A DNA stretch of 64,000 bases, taken from assembly GCA_032128395.1 (NCBI GenBank), contig JAQBGV010000096.1, forward strand, positions 8,376 to 72,375, read 5' to 3'. Position numbers and translations under genes: made by a program. The notes beneath the pieces are model-generated. The model had not been told where the DNA came from. It was given only the letters and a program-made list of their open reading frames with translations, and did not search any database. Of the stretch, positions 1 to 8,697 are shown one piece after another. The number at the start of each line of letters is the position of its first letter. Position 1 is the stretch's first letter. The DNA comes from Planctomycetota bacterium. GTDB lineage: Bacteria > Planctomycetota > UBA8108 > UBA1146.

Positions 1-3
1 GAG

Positions 4-723
4 GTGAACGTGGCACTCCTGAACGCGTCCGGTGCGTTCCCCACGAACGGTCTGATCTACGCCCGGAGGACGGACGCAAGCGCCGCCCAGCCGAACGGGA
101 TCCGCCTGACCAACGGGGCCGAGCTCGCCGCACCGCTCACCCTGGTCAGCGAGAACCCCGTCTATGTGAAGGGAGACTTCAACACCGTGAACAAGAAGGG
201 GGCCTCGGTGATCGCGGACGCCGTGAACCTCCTCTCCAATGCTTGGAACGACTCGAAGTCCGCTGGGTCACTCCCGGTGGCGAGCGACACCACCTACAAC
301 CTCGCCATGGTGACCGGCAACGTCCGCACCCCGGACGGAGGCGGCGCCTACTCCGGAGGATTTGAGAACCTCCCGCGATTCCACGAGAACTGGTCCGGTC
401 GTACCGCCACGATCCGCGGTTCCTTCGTCAACCTGTACGAGAGCAGCATGGCGACGGCCCCGTGGCGATACGGTGGAGACGTCTACACCGCGCCCGCGAG
501 GGATTGGCGGTTCGACCAGGACCTCCTCGATCCGGGCCTGCTCCCCCCGTTCACCCCGAGCGCGGTCTACGTGCGGCGCGTGCTCTGGGATGACAACAAG
601 CCGGTCTCGTTCAAGATCGCTGACAATCGGATCACCCTACTCCCGAACGTACCGACCTACGACCCCTGGAACTACGACGCGACGTTCATGACGAAAGTGA
701 TGCTCGACCCGAACACGAAATAG
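4..723 (+). CDS. hypothetical secreted/surface protein, C-terminal fragment (5' end lies outside window)
   Basis: ORF open from the window edge to a stop at 721-723; GC3-biased codon usage like the rest of the window; followed by two GC-rich hairpins. No family recognised. Confidence 0.45.
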   Translation: MNVALLNASGAFPTNGLIYARRTDASAAQPNGIRLTNGAELAAPLTLVSENPVYVKGDFNTVNKKGASVIADAVNLLSNAWNDSKSAGSLPVASDTTYNLAMVTGNVRTPDGGGAYSGGFENLPRFHENWSGRTATIRGSFVNLYESSMATAPWRYGGDVYTAPARDWRFDQDLLDPGLLPPFTPSAVYVRRVLWDDNKPVSFKIADNRITLLPNVPTYDPWNYDATFMTKVMLDPNTK

Positions 724-846
724 GACTGTCTGCTCCACCTGTCCGATCCACATTTCGGTTCCACCCGTTCCCCCCCTCTCCGTTCCGTCCCTCCCTTCAC
801 TGCCCCCGGGGGCGCTTGCGCCCCCGGAGCCTCCTCGCCGACCTTG

Positions 847-886
847 GTGACCCCGCGACCGCCCCGTCGCGGGGTCACCTCTTGTT
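847..886 (+). terminator. intrinsic terminator-like hairpin downstream of the first CDS
   Basis: Perfect 13-bp stem gtgaccccgcgac/gtcgcggggtcac with 6-nt loop, followed by T-rich ctcttgttg; a second 9-bp GC stem (ccgggggcg...cgcccccgg) lies just upstream at ~806-827. Confidence 0.5.
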
Positions 887-994
887 GGGCACCCCCGTGC
901 TCCGATGAGGCACTCCACGCACTGGAGCTGCTGCAGTAGAACAAGGGTGCCGTTGGCCTTTACTGCGGGACCTCGAGGCGGAAGATACGGACGT

Positions 995-1891
995 ATGCCT
1001 GAGCGCGATGAACTCGAACCACTCGATGACGACCCTCCGCCGCGCCCGGCGCGCACGGGCGGGACGGTCCGGATCGACATCGAGCGCCGGCGCGACGATC
1101 GACCTCCTCGCGGTCGCGACCGGGTGGCGACCGAGGAACCGCTCGAGATCCGCCTGATCACCGAGCACGGTGAAGAACTGCGGGAGCGCCGGATCGCGGT
1201 CACGATGCGGACCCCCGGGGACGACTTCGACCTCGCCGCGGGTTTCCTCTTCTCCGAGGGGGTGATCGGGAGCGCGGACGACGTGGCGGAAGTCACCTAT
1301 TGCACCGATTCGCGAGACCCGCAGCTCTTCAACATCGTGTCCGTCCGACTGCGCGCGGGGGTTCGGTTCGACCCGAAGCGCCTCGAGCGCAACTTCTTCG
1401 CGACGTCGAGCTGCGGGGTGTGTGGAAAGGCGAGCCTCGAGACGCTGCGGCTCGAGGGGCAGGTTCCGGTGGCGGGGGGGCCGACGATCGACGCAGCGGT
1501 GATCCGCGCGCTCCCCGATCGCCTCCGCCCTGCACAGCCCCTCTTCGCCCACACCGGCGGGATCCACGCCTCGGGCCTCTTCCGCGCCGACGGGTCGCTC
1601 CAGATCGTCCGCGAGGACGTGGGGCGCCACAACGCCCTCGACAAGGTGGTCGGCGCGCTCCTGCAGAGGGGTGAACTCCCGGCGCGAGATCAGATCTTGC
1701 TGGTCAGCGGTCGAGCGAGCTTCGAGCTGGTCCAGAAGGCGGTCCGGGCCGGAATACCGGTGATCGCCGCAGTCGGCGCACCGTCGAGCCTCGCGGTCGA
1801 CACCGCGAAGGAGTTCGGCGCGACGCTCCTCGGGTTCGTCGGCCCGAAGGGATTCAATATCTACTCGGGGTCGCAGCGGATCACAGCCTGA
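995..1891 (+). CDS. fdhD: formate dehydrogenase accessory sulfurtransferase FdhD
   Basis: Translation contains FdhD hallmarks SSCGVCGK (catalytic Cys loop) and GRHNALDK, and family length ~298 aa; start chosen at first ATG (MPERDE...) inside longer ORF 905..1891. Confidence 0.85.
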   Translation: MPERDELEPLDDDPPPRPARTGGTVRIDIERRRDDRPPRGRDRVATEEPLEIRLITEHGEELRERRIAVTMRTPGDDFDLAAGFLFSEGVIGSADDVAEVTYCTDSRDPQLFNIVSVRLRAGVRFDPKRLERNFFATSSCGVCGKASLETLRLEGQVPVAGGPTIDAAVIRALPDRLRPAQPLFAHTGGIHASGLFRADGSLQIVREDVGRHNALDKVVGALLQRGELPARDQILLVSGRASFELVQKAVRAGIPVIAAVGAPSSLAVDTAKEFGATLLGFVGPKGFNIYSGSQRITA

Positions 1892-1932
1892 CCGGAGCGA
1901 CGGGGCGCGAGCGCCCTGCACTGCCGATCCCC

Positions 1933-2793
1933 TCAGAGTGGCTGCGCCACCCACCTCCCCTTCTCCTCGACCATTCGCGCAGCAGCGACCTTCGAGTCGT
2001 GCTCGAAGATCAGCGTCGCGTCCTCCTCGCACGCGGCCGCGATGAGGCGCTCCTTCTCCTCCATCATCGTCCGGGCACAGATGTCGTAGCCCATGGTGAA
2101 GGGAACGCGGACGTGGTGGTGGGTCGGGGCGAGGTCCGCGAGGTACCGGATCACGCGGCCTCCCCCTTCGATCCGCACCGTCTGCATCCCCCTCGTGTGA
2201 CCGTCGGAGCGCTCGACGCTCAGGCCGGGGAACAGCTCGGCATCGCCATCGACCAGAAGGAGATCGACGTCCTCGAGGGGTTCGATGTTCTCACGGAGGT
2301 ACGAGGCACGCTCGCGGGGGTTCGGGTCGAGGGCGGTCTCGCGATTCGCACGCTGCAGGTAGTGGCGTGCTTCCGGGAAGGTCGGGACCACTCGATCCGC
2401 CCCCTCGCGACGGGTGAGCCCCCCGCAGTGGTCGAAGTGGAGATGCGTGATCACGACGTCGGTCACGCGCCCAGGATCGACCCCCGCGGCCGTGACCACC
2501 TCGAGGAGTGGCGAGGAGCGGACCGCGAAGCGCTCGCGGAATGCGTCATCATTTTTTTCCCCGATCCCTCCATCGACGAGGACCACCCGGCCAGAAGGAG
2601 CGTGTTCCAGGACCAGGAGGCGCATCGCGAGCGGAATCCGGTGATGTGCGTCCGGGGGGATCAGTCGCTCCCAGAGCCCTCGCGGCACCGATCCGAACAT
2701 CGCGCCGCCATCGAGGGCCAGGGCGCCGCTCCAGAGGGTCCGGACCGACCAATCCCCGACCTGCGCCGAAAATTCTCCGCTACTCTCGGGCAC
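1933..2793 (-). CDS. MBL-fold metallo-hydrolase
   Basis: THLHFDHCGG (HxHxDH zinc motif) plus downstream His/Asp ligands; 286 aa. Confidence 0.8.
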   Translation of the reverse strand: MPESSGEFSAQVGDWSVRTLWSGALALDGGAMFGSVPRGLWERLIPPDAHHRIPLAMRLLVLEHAPSGRVVLVDGGIGEKNDDAFRERFAVRSSPLLEVVTAAGVDPGRVTDVVITHLHFDHCGGLTRREGADRVVPTFPEARHYLQRANRETALDPNPRERASYLRENIEPLEDVDLLLVDGDAELFPGLSVERSDGHTRGMQTVRIEGGGRVIRYLADLAPTHHHVRVPFTMGYDICARTMMEEKERLIAAACEEDATLIFEHDSKVAAARMVEEKGRWVAQPL

Positions 2794-2966
2794 GATCCCC
2801 TCCTCTTCCTCTGAGATTGTGCAGCTGGAGCCTGGGGGAGAGAAGAGGATGCTCGCACGCGTTGCATCCCTCCGGATCGAGCACTACCATTCCGGCCGTG
2901 CGCTGGGACGCGGGGCACCCGCTTCGCCGGGCGAAACGCGAAGGAACCTCTCGAGAGCGAGTTCGG

Positions 2967-3440
2967 ATGCAAGCTCCAGCCCTGGGAACCCTGACCGCCG
3001 AGGCCGTGGAGGCCCGGATCCCCCTCCTCGTACGGATCGCACGCGATTCCATCGACACGTTCGAAGCGCGTCGTGAACTTCGGAATCGACGGCGGAGCGC
3101 CGGTCGCGGGGTTGAATCGGGCCGTGATCCAGAGGATTCGAACTCCCCCTCTTCCGAGGAGCTCGCACTGCGGGACGAGGAGAGACGGCTCTCGCAGGCC
3201 CTCCTGGCCCTCGAGCGGGAGGTCGAGCAGCTCGGAGGTACCCTGGTCGCTGCGGAATCGGGGACGATCGAGTTCCCATCCATCCTCGGAACCCGACTGG
3301 TGCTGCTCTCCTGGCGTCCCGGGGACGAACGGGTCTCCCACTACCGCGATCTCGACTCGCCCTCCGAGGAGCGACGAACCCTCCCGGGGATCGAGAACGC
3401 CGAGCCGGAAGAGCCACCGGGAGCAGAAACCTCCGACTAG
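2967..3440 (+). CDS. hypothetical protein (158 aa, charged coiled-coil-like)
   Basis: Internal ATG within ORF 2508..3440; divergent from MBL hydrolase; no family recognised. Confidence 0.4.
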   Translation: MQAPALGTLTAEAVEARIPLLVRIARDSIDTFEARRELRNRRRSAGRGVESGRDPEDSNSPSSEELALRDEERRLSQALLALEREVEQLGGTLVAAESGTIEFPSILGTRLVLLSWRPGDERVSHYRDLDSPSEERRTLPGIENAEPEEPPGAETSD

Positions 3441-3568
3441 GCGGACGCCGTCCTCTCGGGAACCCGAATGTGGAGTCGCCCGTTCCTGCCGACCCGACTA
3501 TGCAGAGAACACATTGGAGTGGAACGCACCCGCAGCCGTGAGAGCTCGGGCGCCCGGAAGGAGACCAC

Positions 3569-3898
3569 GTGGCCGGCGAAATCCTCGAGATCACCGATGC
3601 GAACTTCCAGAGCGAGATCATCGACAGCGGCGCACCCGCCGTCCTCGACTTCTACGCGACCTGGTGCGGCCCCTGCAAGACGATCGCGCCGATCGTCGAG
3701 GAGCTCGCTGCGTTGTACGCCTCTCAGGGTGTGAAGATCGGAAAGGTCGATATCGACGTCTCCGGTGATCTCGCCTCCCAATACGACATTCGTGGCGTCC
3801 CGACCCTGATGTTCTTCAAGGGCGGCGAGAAGGTCGACCAGATCGTGGGCGCTCAAACGAGGAACGTCATCGAGTCGAAAATCAAAGAGCTGCTCTAA
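3569..3898 (+). CDS. trxA: thioredoxin
   Basis: 109 aa, canonical WCGPCK active site, GTG start preceded by GGAAGGAG RBS. Confidence 0.92.
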   Translation: MAGEILEITDANFQSEIIDSGAPAVLDFYATWCGPCKTIAPIVEELAALYASQGVKIGKVDIDVSGDLASQYDIRGVPTLMFFKGGEKVDQIVGAQTRNVIESKIKELL

Positions 3899-3904
3899 CA
3901 GCGC

Positions 3905-3951
3905 GTTGAAATAGTGCTTCCGATCCAAGGGATCGGGAGCACTATTTCAAC
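3905..3951 (+). terminator. near-perfect 21/22-bp hairpin immediately 3' of trxA
   Basis: gttgaaatagtgcttccgatcc-aagg-gatcgggagcactatttcaac; one mismatch; unusually AT-rich for this genome; no U-tract. Confidence 0.55.
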
Positions 3952-4004
3952 GGACGGCGAGCAGGGGCCGGCCGCCGGGTGGTGATCAGACTCTCTTCGC
4001 ATGG

Positions 4005-4253
4005 TTATTCGGCGCGTTTCTCGAGCTCATCCAGTCGGCGCTCCAGGAACTCGATCTCTTCCCGGAGACCAGCATTCCGCCGCATCGACAGCACGATGAA
4101 GATCACCACCAAGCCGAAGACGATGCCGTAGGCGAGGGTCACCTTGCCTCGATAGTCCACCGGGGCTTCCGGCTCACCGGGGCCTTGCGCGATCGCGAGC
4201 GCCGGCGCGCACACGATGACCACCCCGAGGAGGAGCGGGAGGAATCGTCTCAT
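4005..4253 (-). CDS. small membrane protein, CcmD-like (heme exporter protein D candidate)
   Basis: 82 aa, N-terminal hydrophobic segment plus one TM (GIVFGLVVIFIVL); start codon overlaps ccmC stop (ATGA); position after ccmC as in ccmABCD operons. Assignment by position, not sequence identity. Confidence 0.45.
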   Translation of the reverse strand: MRRFLPLLLGVVIVCAPALAIAQGPGEPEAPVDYRGKVTLAYGIVFGLVVIFIVLSMRRNAGLREEIEFLERRLDELEKRAE

Positions 4254-4978
4254 GCCGAGTCTCCTTCCTCGATCCCCCGCACCCGCGCGAGGACCGTGTC
4301 GAGCCGCTCCTTCGAATCTTGGCGGGCGAGCCGCCAGCGGTAGAGGAGCAGGTAGAGGGTGAAGAACGCCAGAACCCCGAACCAACGGGTCTGAGAGATG
4401 CTCGGGTCGGAGCCGAGGTCGTCGAAGGTCTCGGGGTGCGAGCTCTTTCCGAACCACTCGACCGCGTAGTGGACCAGCGGGATGTTGATGTACGCAAGGA
4501 TGCCGAAGATCGCGGCAAATCGACGGCGCTTCAGCGAGTCCTCGACCTGATTCTGCAGAAGAACGTATCCCGCGTAGGTCAGCCACATGATGGCAGCGGA
4601 CATCAGACGCGCGTCACTCCAGTCCCACCAGGTGTTCCACGCAGCAGAGGCCCAGGTCGAGCCGGTCGCCACGGTCACACTGCAGGTGAGAAGTCCGACC
4701 TCCCCCGCGGCACGCGCGCGACGGTCCCAGGCGGGGCTCCCCGTCCGCAGCACCGCGATGCTCGCGACCAGAACTATTGTGAAGAAGACCAGACAGGAGA
4801 GCGCGGCGGGGAAGTGGTAGTAGAAGATCAGGTAGCTCTGCTCGATCTTGCGGATCGAGAACGGAACGTAGTTCGCGATCATGTAGTTGAGCGCCGAGAC
4901 CATCACCAGCGCTGCGGCCGCATGGATCAGAAAGCTCGGATGCACCCTTGGCGAACGCACTTCCGACACCGCGACCAC
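4250..4978 (-). CDS. ccmC: heme exporter protein CcmC
   Basis: Tryptophan-rich WWD motif region (WNTWWDWSD), multi-TM, 242 aa. Confidence 0.85.
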   Translation of the reverse strand: MVAVSEVRSPRVHPSFLIHAAAALVMVSALNYMIANYVPFSIRKIEQSYLIFYYHFPAALSCLVFFTIVLVASIAVLRTGSPAWDRRARAAGEVGLLTCSVTVATGSTWASAAWNTWWDWSDARLMSAAIMWLTYAGYVLLQNQVEDSLKRRRFAAIFGILAYINIPLVHYAVEWFGKSSHPETFDDLGSDPSISQTRWFGVLAFFTLYLLLYRWRLARQDSKERLDTVLARVRGIEEGDSA

Positions 4979-5662
4979 CTATCCGTCGAAATCCGCGACG
5001 ACCAACTGGAACAGGATCTGCCCGGCCGCGATGTAGACCAGGTCGAATGCGGCGATCATCGCGATCTCTCGGGAACCGATCTCGAATCCGCGGAGCGCCT
5101 GGGTCGTCAGGCTGACCACCGCCTTGAAGAAGGGGATCAGGAGCGGCAGGAGAAGGAGCCGCAACAGCACGTCACCCCCCCGGATCGATCGGGTCATCGC
5201 CGCGAGGGTGACCCCCACCGCCACGAACCCGAGTGTCCCTACCCACGCTGCGAGGAGCACGATCGCCACCGTGGCCAGATCGGTGCGAACGTTGTAGAGC
5301 ACCAGGAACGCGACGAGCACCACCGTTTCCATCGCCGCGACGAAGATCCAGGTCGAGGCGAGGCGCGCGTAGTAGATCGTGGTTCGCCCGACCGGCGAGA
5401 GGAGAAGACCCTCGAGGACGCGCTCCTCTCCTTCGCGGCCAAAACTTCGCTCGATCCCGATCGTTCCCGCGAGGAGGAACACCGTCCACAAGATCCCCGG
5501 CTGCGCCTTGACCGCCGTCTCGGTGCTCGGATCGATCGCGAACGAGAGCACGAACAGGGTGACCAGCGCGAAGAGCACCATGCTGACGACAGTCTCGCCG
5601 CGACGCAGCTCGCGCACGCACTCCCAGCGTACGAGCGCCCCGAACGCGCGCAGGGCGTTCAC
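4979..5662 (-). CDS. ccmB: heme exporter protein CcmB (ABC permease)
   Basis: C-terminal ~228 aa of ORF 4979..6256 is a 6-TM CcmB-like permease; GTG start (VNALRAFGALVRWE...) overlapping ccmA stop; upstream part of the ORF is GC-frame read-through. Confidence 0.8.
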   Translation of the reverse strand: MNALRAFGALVRWECVRELRRGETVVSMVLFALVTLFVLSFAIDPSTETAVKAQPGILWTVFLLAGTIGIERSFGREGEERVLEGLLLSPVGRTTIYYARLASTWIFVAAMETVVLVAFLVLYNVRTDLATVAIVLLAAWVGTLGFVAVGVTLAAMTRSIRGGDVLLRLLLLPLLIPFFKAVVSLTTQALRGFEIGSREIAMIAAFDLVYIAAGQILFQLVVADFDG

Positions 5663-6351
5663 GACGCCCCCTCCTCGCCGGCCGCGGACCAGGTACCGCG
5701 AGCGGTGCGGCGGGAAACCGTGCCGCGGTCGAGCCAGGTGACGCTGTGGCAGAGACGCTCCGCTCGGCGCAGCTCGTGAGTGACGAGGAGCACCGTCCTC
5801 CCCTCGCGAACCCTCTCGTCGACCATCGATTCGACGAGCGCACACCCCTCGGGGTCGAGCCCGGTAAAGGGTTCGTCGAGGATCAGCAGCTCCGGATCTG
5901 GGAGCAATGCACAGACGAGGCTCGCTCGCTGGGCCATTCCCCGCGAGAAGGTGCGGAGCGGATCGCGACGCCGCCAGCTCAGCCCGACGCGCTCGAGGAG
6001 GGCATCTCTGCGAATGCTCGGGATCCCGCCGCCGTGGAGGTCCGCGACGTACGCGAGGGCGTCGGAGAGGGAGAGGTTGCGGGGGACGAGCGGTTGGTCG
6101 AGCAGAACTCCGAGGCGCGCGCGCACCTGCGCCCCCTCGGCCGGCACCTGGAACCCGCACACCTCGAGCTCGCCCTCGCTCGGCTGGAAGAGTCCGCACA
6201 CCAGCTTCAGGAAGGTGGTCTTCCCCGAACCGTTCGGCCCGAGGATCCCGTGGCAAGTCCCGGCGGCGACCTCGAGATCGAGATCGCGGAGCGCCTTGCG
6301 CTCGCCGTAGCGCTTCCCGAGTCCCTTCGCCACGATGACAGGATCGATCAC
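5659..6351 (-). CDS. ccmA: cytochrome c biogenesis ABC transporter ATP-binding protein CcmA
   Basis: Walker A GPNGSGKTT, ABC signature FSRGMAQR, Walker B LLILDEP; GTG start inside ORF 5659..7062. Confidence 0.82.
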   Translation of the reverse strand: MIDPVIVAKGLGKRYGERKALRDLDLEVAAGTCHGILGPNGSGKTTFLKLVCGLFQPSEGELEVCGFQVPAEGAQVRARLGVLLDQPLVPRNLSLSDALAYVADLHGGGIPSIRRDALLERVGLSWRRRDPLRTFSRGMAQRASLVCALLPDPELLILDEPFTGLDPEGCALVESMVDERVREGRTVLLVTHELRRAERLCHSVTWLDRGTVSRRTARGTWSAAGEEGAS

Positions 6352-6404
6352 CGGAGCACCGACCGCCGGCGACGGTGCCGTAGCCGGGTCTGCGGGAGAA
6401 GAAG

Positions 6405-7784
6405 TCAACGCTTCGTCCCGTTCAGCTCGGATCGGACGATGCGGGCGATCTCCTTCACCTGCAGCATCAAGGTCTGGGGCGACGCATCTGAATTCTCGAT
6501 GATCTCGTCGAGACGCTCGAGAATGGTCGAGCGATTCGCCCCAAGACGGGTGAGTTCTCGTTCGAGGTCGTCCTCCGTCAGCTCTCCTCGCTCGCGCAGT
6601 CCATGCAATTGCGCGACGCGCGCCTCTCGGCCGCTCGTCGATGCACGTTGCCGCGCGATCGCGATCCCTCCCCAGATCGGCAACGCGAATGCCGCCAGGA
6701 TGATGAGCGTCATCACGATCGTCTGTGAGGAGATCCCCGGCGGACCGAACCGGACCGGGACCCTCACCTTTCCGTGGGCGGGGATCCGCGGGCTCGAGAA
6801 CATGTTCACGGTCTTCTGGACGTCCGGCATTTCGCGGGTCCCTCCCGAAACCAGTGGGGGGACATCCCAAGCCGAGGCCGTGTCGGCATCGTGCGTGAAC
6901 ACTCCCTGCTCGATGGAGAGCTGCAACACCTGGGTATCGACGATCGCCTCGAGGCCGAGGTCGAAGAGCTCCCCTCGGACGACCTCCTGGTGGTAGATCC
7001 CCATCAGGAGGCCGTTCTCGACCGGGAAGACCGGCTGGGTCAACGGCACGCCGTACCCCCAATGAGAGACCTGGCGCGCCTCGAGCTCGAGAGCGGCCTC
7101 GGTGCCGATCATCAATTGGAGGACTACTGCGCCCTCGGGGACCGGGAAGAGGAAGCCGACTCCCGGCTCGTCCGGTGGCCCGGTGAACACTTCGAAGCCG
7201 CCGTTCTGGTACTGGACGATCTGTCGTACCTGAACCATCGCACTCTCCCCCTCGGAATCTTGCCCCGGGGCGAGGGTGACGATGCGGATCACCGCTTGCT
7301 GAAGAGTCGAGTGGTCATCGGTCACGCGGTAGAGGGGGAGCTGCCCCCCGGCGGGGGCCATCTGCTGCTCCTTCGCGAGGTATCGACGACCATCGACCGC
7401 GGTTGCGCTCACCTGGTACGGCGAGCCGAGCCGCCGCAGGCCGAGATCGAGGATCACCCGTCCCTCGGCATCGCTGCGGCCGCGAGTGATCGCTTCTTCT
7501 GCGTCGGGGGTGAAGCTCCGGACTTCGACCTCGGCGCCCGAGAGCAGGTGATCGAGGGCTCGTGGCTCCGCGCCGGCGCCGTGCTGTGGGCTCGACTCGA
7601 ACATCGCGGTACGGTCGATCAGCTGCAGCTCGAGCCGCACCGGGATCGGCTCGGTCGGTAGCGTCTCGGAAACCCGAGGCATCGGGGGACCTGCGTGGGG
7701 CGAAGGGGCTTGCCCCACGAGGGTCCCCCCGGCCAGAAGACCCACTGCGAGAAAAACGGCGCACCCCACCGCAAACCGGATCAT
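6405..7784 (-). CDS. hypothetical exported protein with C-terminal TM anchor and cytoplasmic coiled-coil tail, embedded in ccm cluster
   Basis: N-terminal signal-like hydrophobic segment, large soluble domain, TM helix (IVMTLIILAAFALPIWGGIAI) then charged helical tail; 4-bp overlap with upstream small ORF. Confidence 0.5.
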   Translation of the reverse strand: MIRFAVGCAVFLAVGLLAGGTLVGQAPSPHAGPPMPRVSETLPTEPIPVRLELQLIDRTAMFESSPQHGAGAEPRALDHLLSGAEVEVRSFTPDAEEAITRGRSDAEGRVILDLGLRRLGSPYQVSATAVDGRRYLAKEQQMAPAGGQLPLYRVTDDHSTLQQAVIRIVTLAPGQDSEGESAMVQVRQIVQYQNGGFEVFTGPPDEPGVGFLFPVPEGAVVLQLMIGTEAALELEARQVSHWGYGVPLTQPVFPVENGLLMGIYHQEVVRGELFDLGLEAIVDTQVLQLSIEQGVFTHDADTASAWDVPPLVSGGTREMPDVQKTVNMFSSPRIPAHGKVRVPVRFGPPGISSQTIVMTLIILAAFALPIWGGIAIARQRASTSGREARVAQLHGLRERGELTEDDLERELTRLGANRSTILERLDEIIENSDASPQTLMLQVKEIARIVRSELNGTKR

Positions 7785-8077
7785 CCCCGTTCCCCTTCCG
7801 TGCCGACCCCGAGCTCCTTCAAGCGGCGGTAGACCGCGGCGGTCTCGGCGAGGTAATCGCTCCGGAGCTCCTCATACTCGCTCGCGCCGATCGTTCCCGC
7901 CTCGTGCTCGTGCTCGAGGTCCTTGAGCGCGCGGAGCAACTTTCCCCGCTCCGCGATGAGCTGTTCCTCGACCGTCGACTCCTCGCGCGGAGCCCACGAG
8001 CGCTTCACCCCGAAGACCGGGGAGAGAATCCACCCCAGGATGGCGAGAGCGACCACGATGAAGAGCACGAGCCACAT
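7781..8077 (-). CDS. small single-TM membrane protein (98 aa), embedded in ccm cluster
   Basis: MWLVLFIVVALAILGWIL TM followed by charged helical region; ATGA overlap with downstream gene. Confidence 0.45.
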   Translation of the reverse strand: MWLVLFIVVALAILGWILSPVFGVKRSWAPREESTVEEQLIAERGKLLRALKDLEHEHEAGTIGASEYEELRSDYLAETAAVYRRLKELGVGTEGERG

Positions 8078-8103
8078 GGGAGTTTCCCAATCCGGAACCA
8101 GGT

Positions 8104-8697
8104 CTACTCGATGGAATCGAGATCACTCTCGATCCGAGCGATCTCCTCGGGGGCGAGGTCGGTCTGGAGGCGACGCCGTTCGCTGCGTGCTTCCGCCCCG
8201 GCCTTCTGCCAACCGAGTATGACGTACCCTGCGAACAGTCCACCGACGATGAGCGCGGCGACCGGGAGGATGTACAACCACTTGCCGGTGCCCGCCCAAC
8301 CGGGGTTCGATCGCACCTGCGACCCGTACTTCTGCTCCATGAAGGTGAGGATCGCCTCGTCGCTGCTCCCCGCCTGCACCATCTGCAGGATCTCCTGCTT
8401 CTGCGGGTCGGCGCAGCCGTCGAGGCAACTGGCGAGGGTCCGCGTCCAATTCTCATCGGGACACGCACACATCACCTGCTTCGAGATGCGCTTCACCGAC
8501 GTGTGCACCTCAGCGCTGCTCGGGACGAGAAGAGGCTCGGCGCGACCGCGCTCGCCGTGCCCGGTCGAATCGTCTCCTCGAGAAGTCCCCGTCGGCACAC
8601 CGGTCGAGTCCTGGGCCGAGAGGTCCGAGGGGAGGGCCACCGACAGGACGACCGCGAGTCCGGCGAGCATCGCTGTGCGCAAGAGCTCAGTCCGCAA
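8104..8697 (-). CDS. ccmH: cytochrome c-type biogenesis protein CcmH/CycL family (atypical Cys motif)
   Basis: Region EILQMVQAGSSDEAILTFMEQKYGSQVRSNP aligns gap-free with E. coli CcmH VYSMVAEGKSEVEIIGWMTERYGDFVRYNP; C-terminal TM present; redox Cys arranged C-A-C...C-LDG-C rather than LRCxxC. Confidence 0.7.
   Translation of the reverse strand: MRTELLRTAMLAGLAVVLSVALPSDLSAQDSTGVPTGTSRGDDSTGHGERGRAEPLLVPSSAEVHTSVKRISKQVMCACPDENWTRTLASCLDGCADPQKQEILQMVQAGSSDEAILTFMEQKYGSQVRSNPGWAGTGKWLYILPVAALIVGGLFAGYVILGWQKAGAEARSERRRLQTDLAPEEIARIESDLDSIE

Noticed and set aside
875-2032. 385-aa minus-strand ORF overlapping fdhD and the MBL hydrolase
   Set aside because: Antisense/alternate-frame open frame typical of 70%-GC DNA; Arg/Ala/Pro-rich low-complexity translation; both overlapped genes have clear family motifs.
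4319-5779. 486-aa plus-strand ORF across the ccmC/ccmB region
   Set aside because: Antisense to well-supported ccm genes; translation is Arg/Asp/Glu/His-rich low complexity with no motifs.
4979-6256. Treating the whole 425-aa ORF as CcmB
   Set aside because: The N-terminal ~200 aa are Arg/Pro-rich and overlap ccmA. CcmB homology starts at the GTG (VNALRAFGAL...) that overlaps the ccmA stop.
5659-7062. Treating the whole 467-aa ORF as CcmA
   Set aside because: Only the last 231 codons (from GTG at 6351) are ABC ATPase; the upstream portion is GC-frame noise overlapping the 6405..7784 gene.
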